From positions 3,392,001-3,456,000 of the forward strand of contig OZ242383.1 of NCBI GenBank assembly GCA_965209155.1: a DNA stretch of 64,000 bases, read 5' to 3'. A program made the translations under genes and the position numbers. Source of the stretch: a bacterium (GTDB lineage Bacteria; SAR324; NAC60-12). Positions 38,659-49,163 of the stretch are shown here, one piece after another. Each line of letters starts with the position of its first letter. Position 1 is the first letter of the stretch. Under the pieces are notes generated by a model. The model had not been told where the DNA came from. It saw only the letters and a list, made by a program, of their open reading frames with translations, and ran no database searches.

Positions 38659-39121
38659 ATTTTCATACCAAACAGAATGCGATCGTTTTTACGAAAGGGA
38701 TAGAGAAGATTATTTCTTTTACCAGTTTGATAGATAACCATTCCCCCCGACAATTGCAAGGCTTCCATTATATCATAATCGGCAGTGAGAGGGAACACGT
38801 CCCCATTGTCATGAGGTAGTTGCACCCAAACAACCTGAGGATGCAGCGTGTGGTTCCAGGTCACATAACGCAGGACCAGCGTCAAAGTGGTACAATGCTC
38901 CTCATTGAACAAATCGGGCTGGCAGGCTTCGGGGTGACCATCCACCTTTCGGAAGTCTCTTGATACACGTAATTTTATTGCCTTCGCATCTCTTTTTTGA
39001 TAAATATTAGTATTTTACCTGAAGGTATTGGAACTTTTCAGGAAACAGTCGCCAAGCAGAAGTCAACACGGAATATCGTTGCCGACTCAATGGTGCGATC
39101 TCCCTGATTTCGTCGATCGTT

Positions 39122-40219
39122 ATGAATGGAAATAATCCCCTGGTGAGATTTGTAGACGTGCAAAAAAGCTATGATGGAGAGTCTCTCGTCATCAAAAGCC
39201 TCAATATGGACGTCGCGCGTGGTGAATTTCTCACTTTGCTCGGACCTTCCGGGTCCGGGAAAACCACTTGCTTGATGATGCTCGCTGGATTCGAACCGGC
39301 AACCCACGGCGAAATCTACCTGGAGGAGCAGCCCATCAACCACATTCCCCCGCATAAGCGTGGTATGGGGATGGTCTTTCAAAACTATGCCCTTTTTCCC
39401 CATATGACAGTGGCCGAGAACCTGGCATTCCCCTTGGAAGTCCGCAAGATTCCCAAGCCTGAACGAGTGCAAAGGATCAAACGCGCACTCGAGATGGTGA
39501 GGCTGGAGGGTTTTGAAGGGCGACGACCGGGACAGCTGTCCGGGGGGCAGAAACAACGGATTGCCGTGGCTCGAGCCCTTGTTTTCGATCCCGAACTCGT
39601 GTTAATGGATGAACCCTTGGGAGCCTTGGATAAGAATCTGCGAGAACAGATGCAATATGAGATCAAACAAATCCATGCCAGCTTGGGCGTGACTGTCGTT
39701 TATGTGACGCATGACCAGGGTGAGGCCCTGACCATGTCGAATCGAGTCGCTGTATTCGACGCAGGTGTTATCCAACAATTAGCATCCCCGGAAACCCTGT
39801 ACGAACGTCCGGAAAACGCCTTTGTAGCCAATTTCATCGGTGAAAACAATGTCCTTTCAGGAACGGTAAGGAAAACGGAAGCTGATCAATGTTGGGTCGA
39901 AATAGATGGTGGTCAGGGTATGGTTAAGGCCAAACGGATCAATATCAATGGAGTGGGTCAACGCGCGACCCTCTCATTGCGCCCGGAACGGGTCATGGTT
40001 GGCCCGCAAAGCGGGAGACTTCCCAATAACTTTGATGCCACGGTAGAAGAACTGGTCTACCAAGGGGATCATATCCGAACTCGTATCAGGGTCTGCGGAT
40101 ACGATGATTTTATCGTAAAAATTCCTAATTCATCCTCTCGCGCCCGGCTGCAAAACGGGGAAAGCATCAGAATCGGATGGGACGTTGAGGATTGCCGGGC
40201 CTTGGATCCCTCTGATTGA
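39122..40219 (+). CDS. Polyamine-type ABC transporter ATP-binding protein (PotA-like)
   Basis: GPSGSGKT, FQNYALFPH, LSGGQ, TOBE domain. Confidence 0.92.
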   Translation: MNGNNPLVRFVDVQKSYDGESLVIKSLNMDVARGEFLTLLGPSGSGKTTCLMMLAGFEPATHGEIYLEEQPINHIPPHKRGMGMVFQNYALFPHMTVAENLAFPLEVRKIPKPERVQRIKRALEMVRLEGFEGRRPGQLSGGQKQRIAVARALVFDPELVLMDEPLGALDKNLREQMQYEIKQIHASLGVTVVYVTHDQGEALTMSNRVAVFDAGVIQQLASPETLYERPENAFVANFIGENNVLSGTVRKTEADQCWVEIDGGQGMVKAKRININGVGQRATLSLRPERVMVGPQSGRLPNNFDATVEELVYQGDHIRTRIRVCGYDDFIVKIPNSSSRARLQNGESIRIGWDVEDCRALDPSD

Positions 40220-40319
40220 TGCGATTCGTGTTCAACTTGTAAAAAGAGGTCATGAAGGGCCTCCTGATATTTGGAAGAGTGAAATTTCAACGTTTATGTC
40301 AGTAAAAAAAGGAGTAAAG

Positions 40320-41414
40320 ATGAAAAAAAAATTGAAACAAACCTTGTTTATGATCATGGTACTGGCCTGGTGGACAGCAATCGCCTCGGCAGAAACGACG
40401 CTGGTCATCGTCTCCTGGGGCGGTGCTTATACTGCCAGTCAACAGAAGGCTTATCATGATCCCTACATGCAAGCCAACCCGGAAATCAAGATCGTCAATG
40501 ACGATTCCGCTGCAGAAGGCGCAGCCAAACTGCGTGCTCAAGCCGAAGCCGGCAATGTCACCTGGGACCTGCTCGACGCAGTGGCGGCAGATGCCATTTC
40601 CCTCTGCGATGAAGGCATCGTCGAAGAAATCGACCATGACAAGCAATTGGCCGCCGCCCCTGATGGGACACCGGCATCACAAGATTTCGGCGATATGATC
40701 GTCAGCCCCTGTTTTATCCCTCAAATCGTATATTCGACGACCTTTGGTTACCGTACGGACAAAGTGAAAATGGCACCAACCTCCATCAACGATGTGTTCG
40801 ACCTGGAAAAAATTCCCGGCAAACGATCCCTGGAGAAAAGGCCAATCGGCAATATGGAGTGGGCTTTGCTGGCGGATGGCGTTCCGGTGGATGAAGTTTA
40901 CGACGTACTGAGCACCTCCGAGGGCGTTGAACGAGCTTTCAGGAAATTGGACACGATCAAGTCCGAAGTGGTCTGGTGGACCGAAGGGTCTCAACCGGCT
41001 CAGTTGTTGGCGGATGGTGAAGTGGTCATTGCTTCCTCGTTCAATGGCCGTTTATTCGAGGCGATCGAAGCAGAAAAGCAACCCATCGGTATGATGTGGG
41101 ATTGGCAGGTCTTCGATGTGGATGGCTGGGTCATTCCCAAAGGAGGTAAAAACAAGGAGGAAGTACTGAAGTTCGTTAGATTCGCCACCGACACGCAGCG
41201 ATTGGCGGACCAGGCCAAGTATATTTCCTATGGTCCGACCCGCGCATCTTCCGCACCCCTGGTCGGCAAACATGCGGAACTGGGCATCGAGATGGCACCA
41301 CACATGCCGACGGATCCCGAAAATTCCAAAAACACTCTGCTGTTCAACTACGAATGGTGGGCGGACAACCGGGATGATATGAACGAACGCTTTCAAGCCT
41401 GGCTCGTCAAGTAA
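40320..41414 (+). CDS. Polyamine-type ABC transporter substrate-binding protein (PotD/YdcS-like)
   Basis: Signal peptide, VSWGGAY, AFRKLDTIK, QLLADGEV; AGGAG RBS. Confidence 0.9.
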   Translation: MKKKLKQTLFMIMVLAWWTAIASAETTLVIVSWGGAYTASQQKAYHDPYMQANPEIKIVNDDSAAEGAAKLRAQAEAGNVTWDLLDAVAADAISLCDEGIVEEIDHDKQLAAAPDGTPASQDFGDMIVSPCFIPQIVYSTTFGYRTDKVKMAPTSINDVFDLEKIPGKRSLEKRPIGNMEWALLADGVPVDEVYDVLSTSEGVERAFRKLDTIKSEVVWWTEGSQPAQLLADGEVVIASSFNGRLFEAIEAEKQPIGMMWDWQVFDVDGWVIPKGGKNKEEVLKFVRFATDTQRLADQAKYISYGPTRASSAPLVGKHAELGIEMAPHMPTDPENSKNTLLFNYEWWADNRDDMNERFQAWLVK

Positions 41415-41444
41415 TTGGTGCGCAACGTGAGGGGCACCGGTAAC

Positions 41445-42752
41445 ATGTCTCAAAATAATTCAAAATTCCCCTTTTCCCCCTCCCTCGAAGGGAGGGGAAT
41501 CCCGTTGACGACGGCAGACGGGGTTCCATTGAAAATCAGTTTACGGCGCACGTTACGCCGTCAGAAAATGGTAGCCCTGTCGCTGGTAGCTCCCCTTTTC
41601 CTGTTCATAGCGCTCACCTTTCTGCTCCCCATCGGCGATATGCTTTTGCGCAGCGTGGACAATGAAATCATTCCCTCCGAACTTCCCCGCACCGTGCAAC
41701 TGCTTGCTCACTGGGACGAACAGAGCGATGAACTCCCCAACGAAAACGTGTTTGCCGCCCTGGCCGCCGATATCCGTCAAGGAGCGGAAACAAAAACCAT
41801 CAACCGGGCCGGCAAACGGCTCAATTACCAACACGCCGGATTCTCCAGTTTGTTCAGAAAAAGCGCTCGTAAGGTAAGAAGTCTCAAATTCGAAGAAGTC
41901 GCTTCCTTTCGTGAAGAATTGCTGACGATCGACAAACGCTGGGGACAGGTCGAATACTGGCAGGTGTTGAAACGGGAAAGTGGAATCCATACCGCATCAT
42001 ATTACCTGGCCGCATTCGACTCCGAAAAAAACAATACGGGCCGGATCGTTCCGAAACCCGAAACGGAGCGGATATATATCGAGTTGTTCGGAAGAACGCT
42101 TTTACTCAGTTTGTTGATTACGGCGATGACTCTCCTGCTGGGATACCCTCTTGCGTATTTCCTGGCGTCCTTGCCGACCCGGATCGGCAACTTGTTGATG
42201 ATTCTGGTGCTCCTGCCTTTCTGGACGTCCCTGCTGGTCCGCACAAGCGCCTGGATCGCTTTGCTGCAAAAGGAGGGGGTTATCAACGACTTTCTGGTTG
42301 CGCTTAAAATCCTCGACGATGCAAACAGGCTTTCGATGATCTATAACGCCACCGGCACTGTGATTGCCATGACCCACATCCTGCTTCCCTTCATGGTGTT
42401 GCCCCTTTTCAGCGTCATGAAAACCATTCCTCCCGATTATATGCGTGCCGCTCGTTCTCTCGGCGCGACGCCATTCACGGCATTCCTTCGCATATATCTT
42501 CCAAATACGGTTCCCGGAATAGGCGCAGGTGGGATCCTGGTGTTCATTCTCGCCATCGGGTATTATATCACCCCTGCCCTGGTGGGAGGGACCGAGGGCA
42601 CCTTCATCAGCAATTTGATCGCCTACCACATTTCGACTTCCCTCAATTGGGGTCTGGCAGCCGCCCTGGGGACGATTCTGCTGTTTTTGATACTGGTGCT
42701 TTACTTGCTTTACGACAAAATCGTAGGCATTGCCAACATTAAATTGGGTTGA
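41445..42752 (+). CDS. Polyamine-type ABC permease (PotB-like)
   Basis: LPFWTSLLVR, HILLPFMVLP, AARSLGA. Confidence 0.9.
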   Translation: MSQNNSKFPFSPSLEGRGIPLTTADGVPLKISLRRTLRRQKMVALSLVAPLFLFIALTFLLPIGDMLLRSVDNEIIPSELPRTVQLLAHWDEQSDELPNENVFAALAADIRQGAETKTINRAGKRLNYQHAGFSSLFRKSARKVRSLKFEEVASFREELLTIDKRWGQVEYWQVLKRESGIHTASYYLAAFDSEKNNTGRIVPKPETERIYIELFGRTLLLSLLITAMTLLLGYPLAYFLASLPTRIGNLLMILVLLPFWTSLLVRTSAWIALLQKEGVINDFLVALKILDDANRLSMIYNATGTVIAMTHILLPFMVLPLFSVMKTIPPDYMRAARSLGATPFTAFLRIYLPNTVPGIGAGGILVFILAIGYYITPALVGGTEGTFISNLIAYHISTSLNWGLAAALGTILLFLILVLYLLYDKIVGIANIKLG

Positions 42753-42754
42753 TC

Positions 42755-43609
42755 ATGTCGGGACATCCTGGTTACTTCAGCTTGAGTGAACGAATCTGGT
42801 ACTACCTGTTCCGTTTGTTTTGCGCGTGTGTTTTCTTTTTTCTGATTTTTCCGATTTTCGTCATCGTACCGCTTTCCTTCAATGCGGTTCCTTTTTTTTC
42901 GTTCACCTCGGAGATGCTGACCCTGGACCCACAAGGATATTCGCTACGTTGGTATGAGGATTTCTTCACCAACCCGAACTGGCTGGGATCCGTTCAAAAC
43001 AGCTTCATCATTGCTTTCTTTTCCACCCTGGTTGCCACGGTGCTGGGAACGCTTGCTGCTCTGGGATTGAGTCATCCCCGTTTCCCTTTCCGTACGTTGG
43101 TGATGGGGATATTGATTTCACCCATGATCGTCCCTTTGGTCATCACTGCCGCAGGGATGTTCTTCTTTTACTCGCGAATTCACCTGCAGGGCACGCACAT
43201 CGGCGTCATTCTGGCGCACACGGCTCTCTCTACCCCATTCGTGGTGATTGTGGTGACCGCCACCCTGGTGGGATTCGACACGACCATGGTTCGCGCAGCA
43301 GCCAGTCTGGGAGCCTCACCCCTTCGTACTTTCTTCAGGATCACCATCCCTTTGATCGCTCCCGGGGTCATCTCCGGAGCACTGCTTGCTTTTATCACCT
43401 CCTTCGATGAAGTGGTCGTGGTACTCTTTGTCGGTAGTTTCAAGCAGCGCACCATTCCATGGCAAATGTTTTCCGGGATCCGGGAACAAATCAGCCCCAC
43501 CATTTTAGCTGTGGCTTCGATGCTGATTCTCTTTTCCATCACTCTCCTCATCACCCTCGAATGGCTTCGTTACCGAAACGAACGGCTGAGGGGTATAACG
43601 CACAGCTGA
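42755..43609 (+). CDS. Polyamine-type ABC permease (PotC-like)
   Basis: SLRWY, AAASLGA, SFDEVV. Confidence 0.9.
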   Translation: MSGHPGYFSLSERIWYYLFRLFCACVFFFLIFPIFVIVPLSFNAVPFFSFTSEMLTLDPQGYSLRWYEDFFTNPNWLGSVQNSFIIAFFSTLVATVLGTLAALGLSHPRFPFRTLVMGILISPMIVPLVITAAGMFFFYSRIHLQGTHIGVILAHTALSTPFVVIVVTATLVGFDTTMVRAAASLGASPLRTFFRITIPLIAPGVISGALLAFITSFDEVVVVLFVGSFKQRTIPWQMFSGIREQISPTILAVASMLILFSITLLITLEWLRYRNERLRGITHS

Positions 43610-43620
43610 TCCAAGCATTG

Positions 43621-43779
43621 AGGTAGCAATTCTCTTTCCTTTATCATTTCAAACCACTTGTCATCCTGAAAGCATTCCCCTTCCCCTTGAGGGAGGGCCA
43701 GGTAGCAATTTTCTTTCCTTTATCATTTCAAACCCCTTGCCATCCAGAAAGCATTCCCCCTCCACTTGAGGGAGGGGCC
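43621..43779. repeat. Two-copy ~79-bp tandem repeat ending in a CCCC..TTGAGGGAGGG hairpin motif
   Basis: Units start AGGTAGCAATT at 43621 and 43700. Confidence 0.88.
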
Positions 43780-43856
43780 AGGGGAGGGGTTCGCCGGGAG
43801 AGGCTTGGGGATGGGCAGGATAGGACAATGCGGCCCGGCATGAATCAATGGCTTAC

Positions 43857-45428
43857 CTACTGCCTGACAATGGCAGCGCGTTGACCGCGCAGGACATACT
43901 TTTGAACTTTCCCGGTTGCCGTCTTGGGTAATTCCTCGACAAACGATATCCATTGTGGTGTTTTGAAATGCGCGAGGCGATCGCGTACAAACTGTTTCAG
44001 CTCGTCTTCACTGGCCTGCGCGCCTGCGCGTAACACGACAAAGGCATGGGGTGATTCACCCCATTTTTCATGGGGTACGCCCACTATGGCTATTTCCTGG
44101 ACAGCAGGGTGACGTAAGAGCACGCCTTCTACTTCCACCGTAGAAATATTTTCACCACCACTGATGATGACGTCCTTGATACGATCGCGAATCTCGATGT
44201 AGCCATCCGTGTGAACGACGGCGGCATCTCCGGTATGAAACCATCCGTCTCGTATCGCCGCCGCAGTCGCTTCCGGATCGTTGTAGTACCCCTTCATGAC
44301 GACGTTGCCCCGTACGACGATCTCGCCCATCGTCTTTCCATCATGAGGCACCTCGTTCCCTTCCTCATCCATGACGATTAACTCCCCCGAGGTGAGCAGT
44401 TCCACGCCTTGTCTGGCTTTGACGTTCGCCTTTTCTCGAGGAGAAAGTTTCGCGTGTTCGGGCCGTTCTTCACAAATAGTGATGAACGGCGCTGTTTCCG
44501 TGAGCCCATACACGTGCGTCAACTTCCAGCCCAATTCACCCTCGATCCGCTCGATGGTAGCAGCAGCCGGTGGCGCCCCTGCCGTGAACAGACGCACGTT
44601 CCGCCTCGTGACGCGGCGCAGTTCTTCTGGCGCGTTGGCGATACCGATGAGCACGGTCGGTGCTGCACAGAACATGCTGACGTCCTCGTTCTCCATCAGT
44701 TCGAAAATAACGCCTGGTTCCACCTTGCGCAAACAGATATGCGTGGCGCCCCTTGCCGTCACGATCCACACGAAGGTCCATCCATTGGCATGGAACATGG
44801 GCAGCGTCCACAGGTAACGGTCTTCAGGAGCGAGCGGGCGATGCGCAAGCGTGCCCACCACGTTCATCCAGACGTTGCGGTGGGTCATCATCACTCCTTT
44901 GGGACGCGCTGTGGTGCCGCTGGTGTAGTTGATGGTGATGAGGTCGTTTTCATCGATAAATGGTTGCGTGAAATCGGTAGTGGAGCCAGTGAGAGCCATT
45001 TCGTAGTCCAACCAGCCTTCCCGTGAGCCTTCCAGGGCCACGAAATGTTCCACATTCGGCAATTGATGGCGAATATCGCTTACGGTATCCAGGTAATCAC
45101 TGTGAGCGCAAACTACGCGGGCGCCACTGTGATTGATGATGTAGACGAAATCGTCGGCGTTGAGTCGATAGTTGATCGGTACGAGAACCGCTCCCACCTG
45201 CGGTACCGCGTAGAATGACTCGAGCTGGGCATGAGTGTTCGGCGCGATTGTGGCCACCCGGTCTCCTTGTCCGATACCGAGCCCTTGCAGTGTAGATGAC
45301 CAACGGTCACATCGCTCGAAAAATTGCTCATAGCTGAGACGGAGCTGTCCATCAACGACAGCTTCACGGTCGGGATACAACCGGCGCGCCCGTCGCGCAA
45401 ACTCCATGGGTGTCAATGGCATTTCCAT
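43857..45428 (-). CDS. Acyl-CoA synthetase / long-chain-fatty-acid--CoA ligase
   Basis: YTSGTTARPKG, YGLTE, GWFHTGD, PKTATGK; AGGAGG RBS. Confidence 0.93.
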   Translation of the reverse strand: MEMPLTPMEFARRARRLYPDREAVVDGQLRLSYEQFFERCDRWSSTLQGLGIGQGDRVATIAPNTHAQLESFYAVPQVGAVLVPINYRLNADDFVYIINHSGARVVCAHSDYLDTVSDIRHQLPNVEHFVALEGSREGWLDYEMALTGSTTDFTQPFIDENDLITINYTSGTTARPKGVMMTHRNVWMNVVGTLAHRPLAPEDRYLWTLPMFHANGWTFVWIVTARGATHICLRKVEPGVIFELMENEDVSMFCAAPTVLIGIANAPEELRRVTRRNVRLFTAGAPPAAATIERIEGELGWKLTHVYGLTETAPFITICEERPEHAKLSPREKANVKARQGVELLTSGELIVMDEEGNEVPHDGKTMGEIVVRGNVVMKGYYNDPEATAAAIRDGWFHTGDAAVVHTDGYIEIRDRIKDVIISGGENISTVEVEGVLLRHPAVQEIAIVGVPHEKWGESPHAFVVLRAGAQASEDELKQFVRDRLAHFKTPQWISFVEELPKTATGKVQKYVLRGQRAAIVRQ

Positions 45429-45749
45429 AAATGCTCCTCCTAATGATGTGGCGAATGTCCGTTGCCGGCAGTTTGCTCAATGGAATGCTTGAGAACCGCA
45501 GCTCGAGGAATGTTGATCAAGCCTTACAACGGCCTGTATGATACAAAACCTGGTGAGGAATGTAAACCTTACATCAAATTCCCTTTATTGCTTAATCCAT
45601 GTTTTCGAATTACGGTCTCAACAGACTCGAACCATCTCAGCAGTGAATCAATTTCAGCATCCGTTCAGAAATTCTTCTCCCGAATGGCGGTGATGTCTTG
45701 TAAAATTTACGTAGCCTGAAATAGCGTTTCGGAAAGCGACCCCAAAATT

Positions 45750-46733
45750 TCACCCGGAGGAAGCCTGGTTCTTTCTTTCCGGATGGAGCAGGTCTTGGGT
45801 GCAGATTTCCCGGAACCTGCGGGCTTTTTGAAAATAAATATAAATCAATAGCGTTCCGGGTAGAAAGAGGGATAGCAGCCAGGGAGGGGATTGACGTTGC
45901 AAGGAATTCAGGGCAACCAGACAAAATGCGATGCCCACGGCAACCAGCAAAAAACAGGCACAGAGACGTATTTCCCAAAAACGATGCGGGGTTTGATGAA
46001 TACGATTTGATTGGAAATAAAGCAATTGTTCAGGCACTCGTAAGACTGCAAAATAGAGCCAGTGCATCAATCCCAGAACCAAGATGAACGATCCCAACCC
46101 ATCGCTGATCCAATGCGCTTTGGCCATGGAGCGGGCAATGATCATGGCCACTGAATATGCCAGCACGACCGCTGTCCAACTCCAACCAGCCAGGCGCCAC
46201 TTCTCAGAGATGAGTGGATTCGCTAAAAGCGCGTAGGAAAAGGAGAGTAACACGACGACGGAGGCCACGTGTCCACTTGGGAAGCTTCCATAAAAAATCC
46301 CATCGGCGACAAAATGGTTGCCGAATTCATACCAATGAGAATAATCGAGTTGATCCGCGAGTACGATGTGAGGACGCACTCTTCCCAAAGACCATTTGAT
46401 GCTATGCACAACCCCCAACCCTGCCGTGAGTGAGGCAAAGACGACAAACCCCAGGACGGGCCGAAGGGAGTACAACCAAGCCGGTACTTTGGCAGAATAC
46501 GAGCAAAAATAGAGAATTGCCGCAAACAAAAGAAAAAAAGTTGCAGGATCACTCCCTCCCAAAAGCCCGTCCTCGAACAGGGTGCGCCTCATGAATTCCG
46601 CAAATCCTTGCCAGCGGTTTTCTATCAGGAAAAGAGTCCATTGATAGTCCACGAAAACGACCCCCACCATCAAAAGCAAAAGGCATGCGAACAAAATCGA
46701 GAAGGAGGTGGAAGAATTTTTACCAAAGGTCAT
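45750..46733 (-). CDS. PAP2-family membrane phosphatase
   Basis: KWSLGRVRP, SFPSGH, R-x5-HWISD; multiple TM segments. Confidence 0.85.
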   Translation of the reverse strand: MTFGKNSSTSFSILFACLLLLMVGVVFVDYQWTLFLIENRWQGFAEFMRRTLFEDGLLGGSDPATFFLLFAAILYFCSYSAKVPAWLYSLRPVLGFVVFASLTAGLGVVHSIKWSLGRVRPHIVLADQLDYSHWYEFGNHFVADGIFYGSFPSGHVASVVVLLSFSYALLANPLISEKWRLAGWSWTAVVLAYSVAMIIARSMAKAHWISDGLGSFILVLGLMHWLYFAVLRVPEQLLYFQSNRIHQTPHRFWEIRLCACFLLVAVGIAFCLVALNSLQRQSPPWLLSLFLPGTLLIYIYFQKARRFREICTQDLLHPERKNQASSG

Positions 46734-46742
46734 GGATTCCTC

Positions 46743-47672
46743 TTAGATTTCCAGGAGGAGTGAGGCCAATATCTCCCGTCCACCCTCTTCCAGAATACGA
46801 TGGGCGACCTTTTGTCCCAATTGGCTTGCCTGTTCAGCAGGGGCTTCGGCTTGTTGACGGATGATGCGGGAGCCATCCGGGGTGGCCAGCAAAGCCCTGA
46901 GTTTCAAATGCTGTTGATGGATTTCGCAAAATCCGGCAATCGGGATGTTGCAACTGCCACCAAGCGTCGTTAAAACGGCTCGTTCCGCGCGTACGCAATA
47001 GGCCGTGTCCGGATCATGCAAATGAGAGAGATAAGAAAGGGTCGTTTCATCTTCCTTACGAGTTTGAATCCCAAGCGCTCCTTGGGCAATGGCGGGCAAC
47101 ATGATCGAGAAAGGCAAGGACTGTGCGATATGTTTTTCCAGACCCAGCCTTTTGAAGCCGGCCACTGCCATGACGGCCGCTTCGATTTCTCCTTCTTTCA
47201 CTTTCTGAAGTCTCGTGTCTATATTGCCACGAAGATGTTTGATCCTTATATTGGTCCGATATGCGCGGAGTTGGGCGGCTCGTCGCAACGAACTGGTTCC
47301 GATCACCGAATTTTCCGGCAGTGAATCCAGTTTATGTCCATGACGCGTGATCAGCCCATCGTCAGGAGCCTCCCTGGAGGGGATAATGGAAATTTCCAAC
47401 TCTTCCGGTAAAATCGCAGGAACGTCTTTCATGCTATGTACTGCCATATCGACTTGATGCTCAATCAGAGCAGTTTCCAATTCTTTAACAAACAGTCCCT
47501 TGCCTCCCAATTTTTCGAGAGTCTGGTCGAGGATACGATCTCCTTGCGTTTTTATAACCACCATCTCGACATCCAGACCGGGAAAACGAACCAGTATCTG
47601 GTCCCGCACCCAATTCGCCTGCCAAAGTGCCAGTCGACTGCCTCTCGTACCAATACGCAAAGGATGCTGCAT
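46743..47672 (-). CDS. hemC: Hydroxymethylbilane synthase
   Basis: GTRGSRLALWQA, GKGLFVKELE, VHSMKDVP, GTSSLRR. Confidence 0.97.
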   Translation of the reverse strand: MQHPLRIGTRGSRLALWQANWVRDQILVRFPGLDVEMVVIKTQGDRILDQTLEKLGGKGLFVKELETALIEHQVDMAVHSMKDVPAILPEELEISIIPSREAPDDGLITRHGHKLDSLPENSVIGTSSLRRAAQLRAYRTNIRIKHLRGNIDTRLQKVKEGEIEAAVMAVAGFKRLGLEKHIAQSLPFSIMLPAIAQGALGIQTRKEDETTLSYLSHLHDPDTAYCVRAERAVLTTLGGSCNIPIAGFCEIHQQHLKLRALLATPDGSRIIRQQAEAPAEQASQLGQKVAHRILEEGGREILASLLLEI

Positions 47673-47681
47673 GGTATATAT

Positions 47682-49019
47682 TTATTGAGAAGAACGAGAT
47701 TTGGGATGGCGCAGGAGTTGCCGTGCCGGAGAATTTACAGGTTTTTCCGTAAAGAGGGACGGAGGATCCAGGTCGAACAGGTCGATAAGAGATTCCAAAT
47801 AGAGGTGCCCGTCTTCACGGCTATTGAATTGACGCAGATTGTGAGATGGTTTATGTAAGATTTTGTTGATCAAGGTATGAATCATTTGCTCCACCTGCTC
47901 TTGTTGTTTTGGAGAAAGACTGCCCATCTTTTGCAAGGTTTTTTCCAATTCAGCATTACCGATTTCGTAAAAGGATTTACGTAGTGCCCGGATAGCAGGC
48001 ACCACGGAGAGGTTTTTGAACCATGAATGGAGTTTCTCCACTTCCTCCGTAATGATTTGTTCCGCAACCAGGGCTTGTTGTTCACGTTCTTTGCGATTGT
48101 CGTCTACCACGTTTTGGAGATCATCGATGTCATAAGCATAAACATTGGCAAGATTGTTCAATCGTGGATCAATGTCGCGGGGAACGGCAATATCAATAAA
48201 AAACATGGGAATCCCTTTTCTGCGTTTGATGCATCGTTTGACCATGGATTCAGTGATAATGAAATCCTGCGCCCCGGTGGATCCAATCACGATGTCGGCA
48301 TTTTCCAGGTAATCGGAAAGTTGTTCAAATCGAATGGCAGATCCCCAATTTTCTTCTGCGAGTTTCATTGCGTGGGCAAAGGTACGATTCGTAACCAGCA
48401 GTTTGGAAACTCCATTTTTAATAAAATATTTCACGGCCAATTCCGCCATCTCACCCGCCCCCACGACCAGGACGGTTTGCTGAGAAAGGTCGCTGAATAT
48501 ATGTTTTGCCAGTTCAACGGCAGCAAAGCTGATGGAAACCGCATTGTGGGCAATTCGAGTTTCGCTCCTTATTCTTTTGGCAGCGGAAAATGCGCGAGGA
48601 AAAAGTCCTTTGAAGAATGAACCAACAAAATGATGGTCGAGAAACTGCTGGTACGCTTCCTTGACTTGCCCCAGGATCTGAGGTTCACCCACGATCATGG
48701 AATCAAGGCTGGCAGATACTCGAAACAGGTGGCGAACCGCTTCAATATCGTATGCCTCATAAGACAATCCCGGCAAACCGGGAAGATGGATTTGTTGCGC
48801 CAACTGCTCCTTGATCCTTTGACTGGCCATGCGTGGTTGCTCGGCCACAAAATGATATTCCACCCGGTTGCAGGTTGAAAGTACAACCAACTCCTGAAAC
48901 CGGCAATCCTGCAATGTTTTACGGACCAGCGACTGTTGCTGCTCGTAAGACAAGGCCAATTTCTCCCTGATCTCGAGGGGGGTCTTTCTGAAATTCCAAC
49001 CTATAACGGCAAGTTTCAT
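47682..49019 (-). CDS. hemA: Glutamyl-tRNA reductase
   Basis: STCNRVE, GEPQILGQVK, GAGEM, DIAVPRDI. Confidence 0.96.
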   Translation of the reverse strand: MKLAVIGWNFRKTPLEIREKLALSYEQQQSLVRKTLQDCRFQELVVLSTCNRVEYHFVAEQPRMASQRIKEQLAQQIHLPGLPGLSYEAYDIEAVRHLFRVSASLDSMIVGEPQILGQVKEAYQQFLDHHFVGSFFKGLFPRAFSAAKRIRSETRIAHNAVSISFAAVELAKHIFSDLSQQTVLVVGAGEMAELAVKYFIKNGVSKLLVTNRTFAHAMKLAEENWGSAIRFEQLSDYLENADIVIGSTGAQDFIITESMVKRCIKRRKGIPMFFIDIAVPRDIDPRLNNLANVYAYDIDDLQNVVDDNRKEREQQALVAEQIITEEVEKLHSWFKNLSVVPAIRALRKSFYEIGNAELEKTLQKMGSLSPKQQEQVEQMIHTLINKILHKPSHNLRQFNSREDGHLYLESLIDLFDLDPPSLFTEKPVNSPARQLLRHPKSRSSQ

Positions 49020-49163
49020 GGAGTCGACTGTTCGGGTGTAATGTTTGTCCGCCTGGCATTCCTGCATGACACCAAAAAGGATAGTCATTGTCTAACCTGC
49101 GCTAATCAGATAAGATCGTAGCGTTTTTGGGATTTTATATCAAATTTTAATTGCAAGAAGTTC

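Noticed and set aside
38529..38945. 138-aa minus-strand ORF
   Set aside because: The C-terminal third is translated MITE sequence and the rest has no recognisable family
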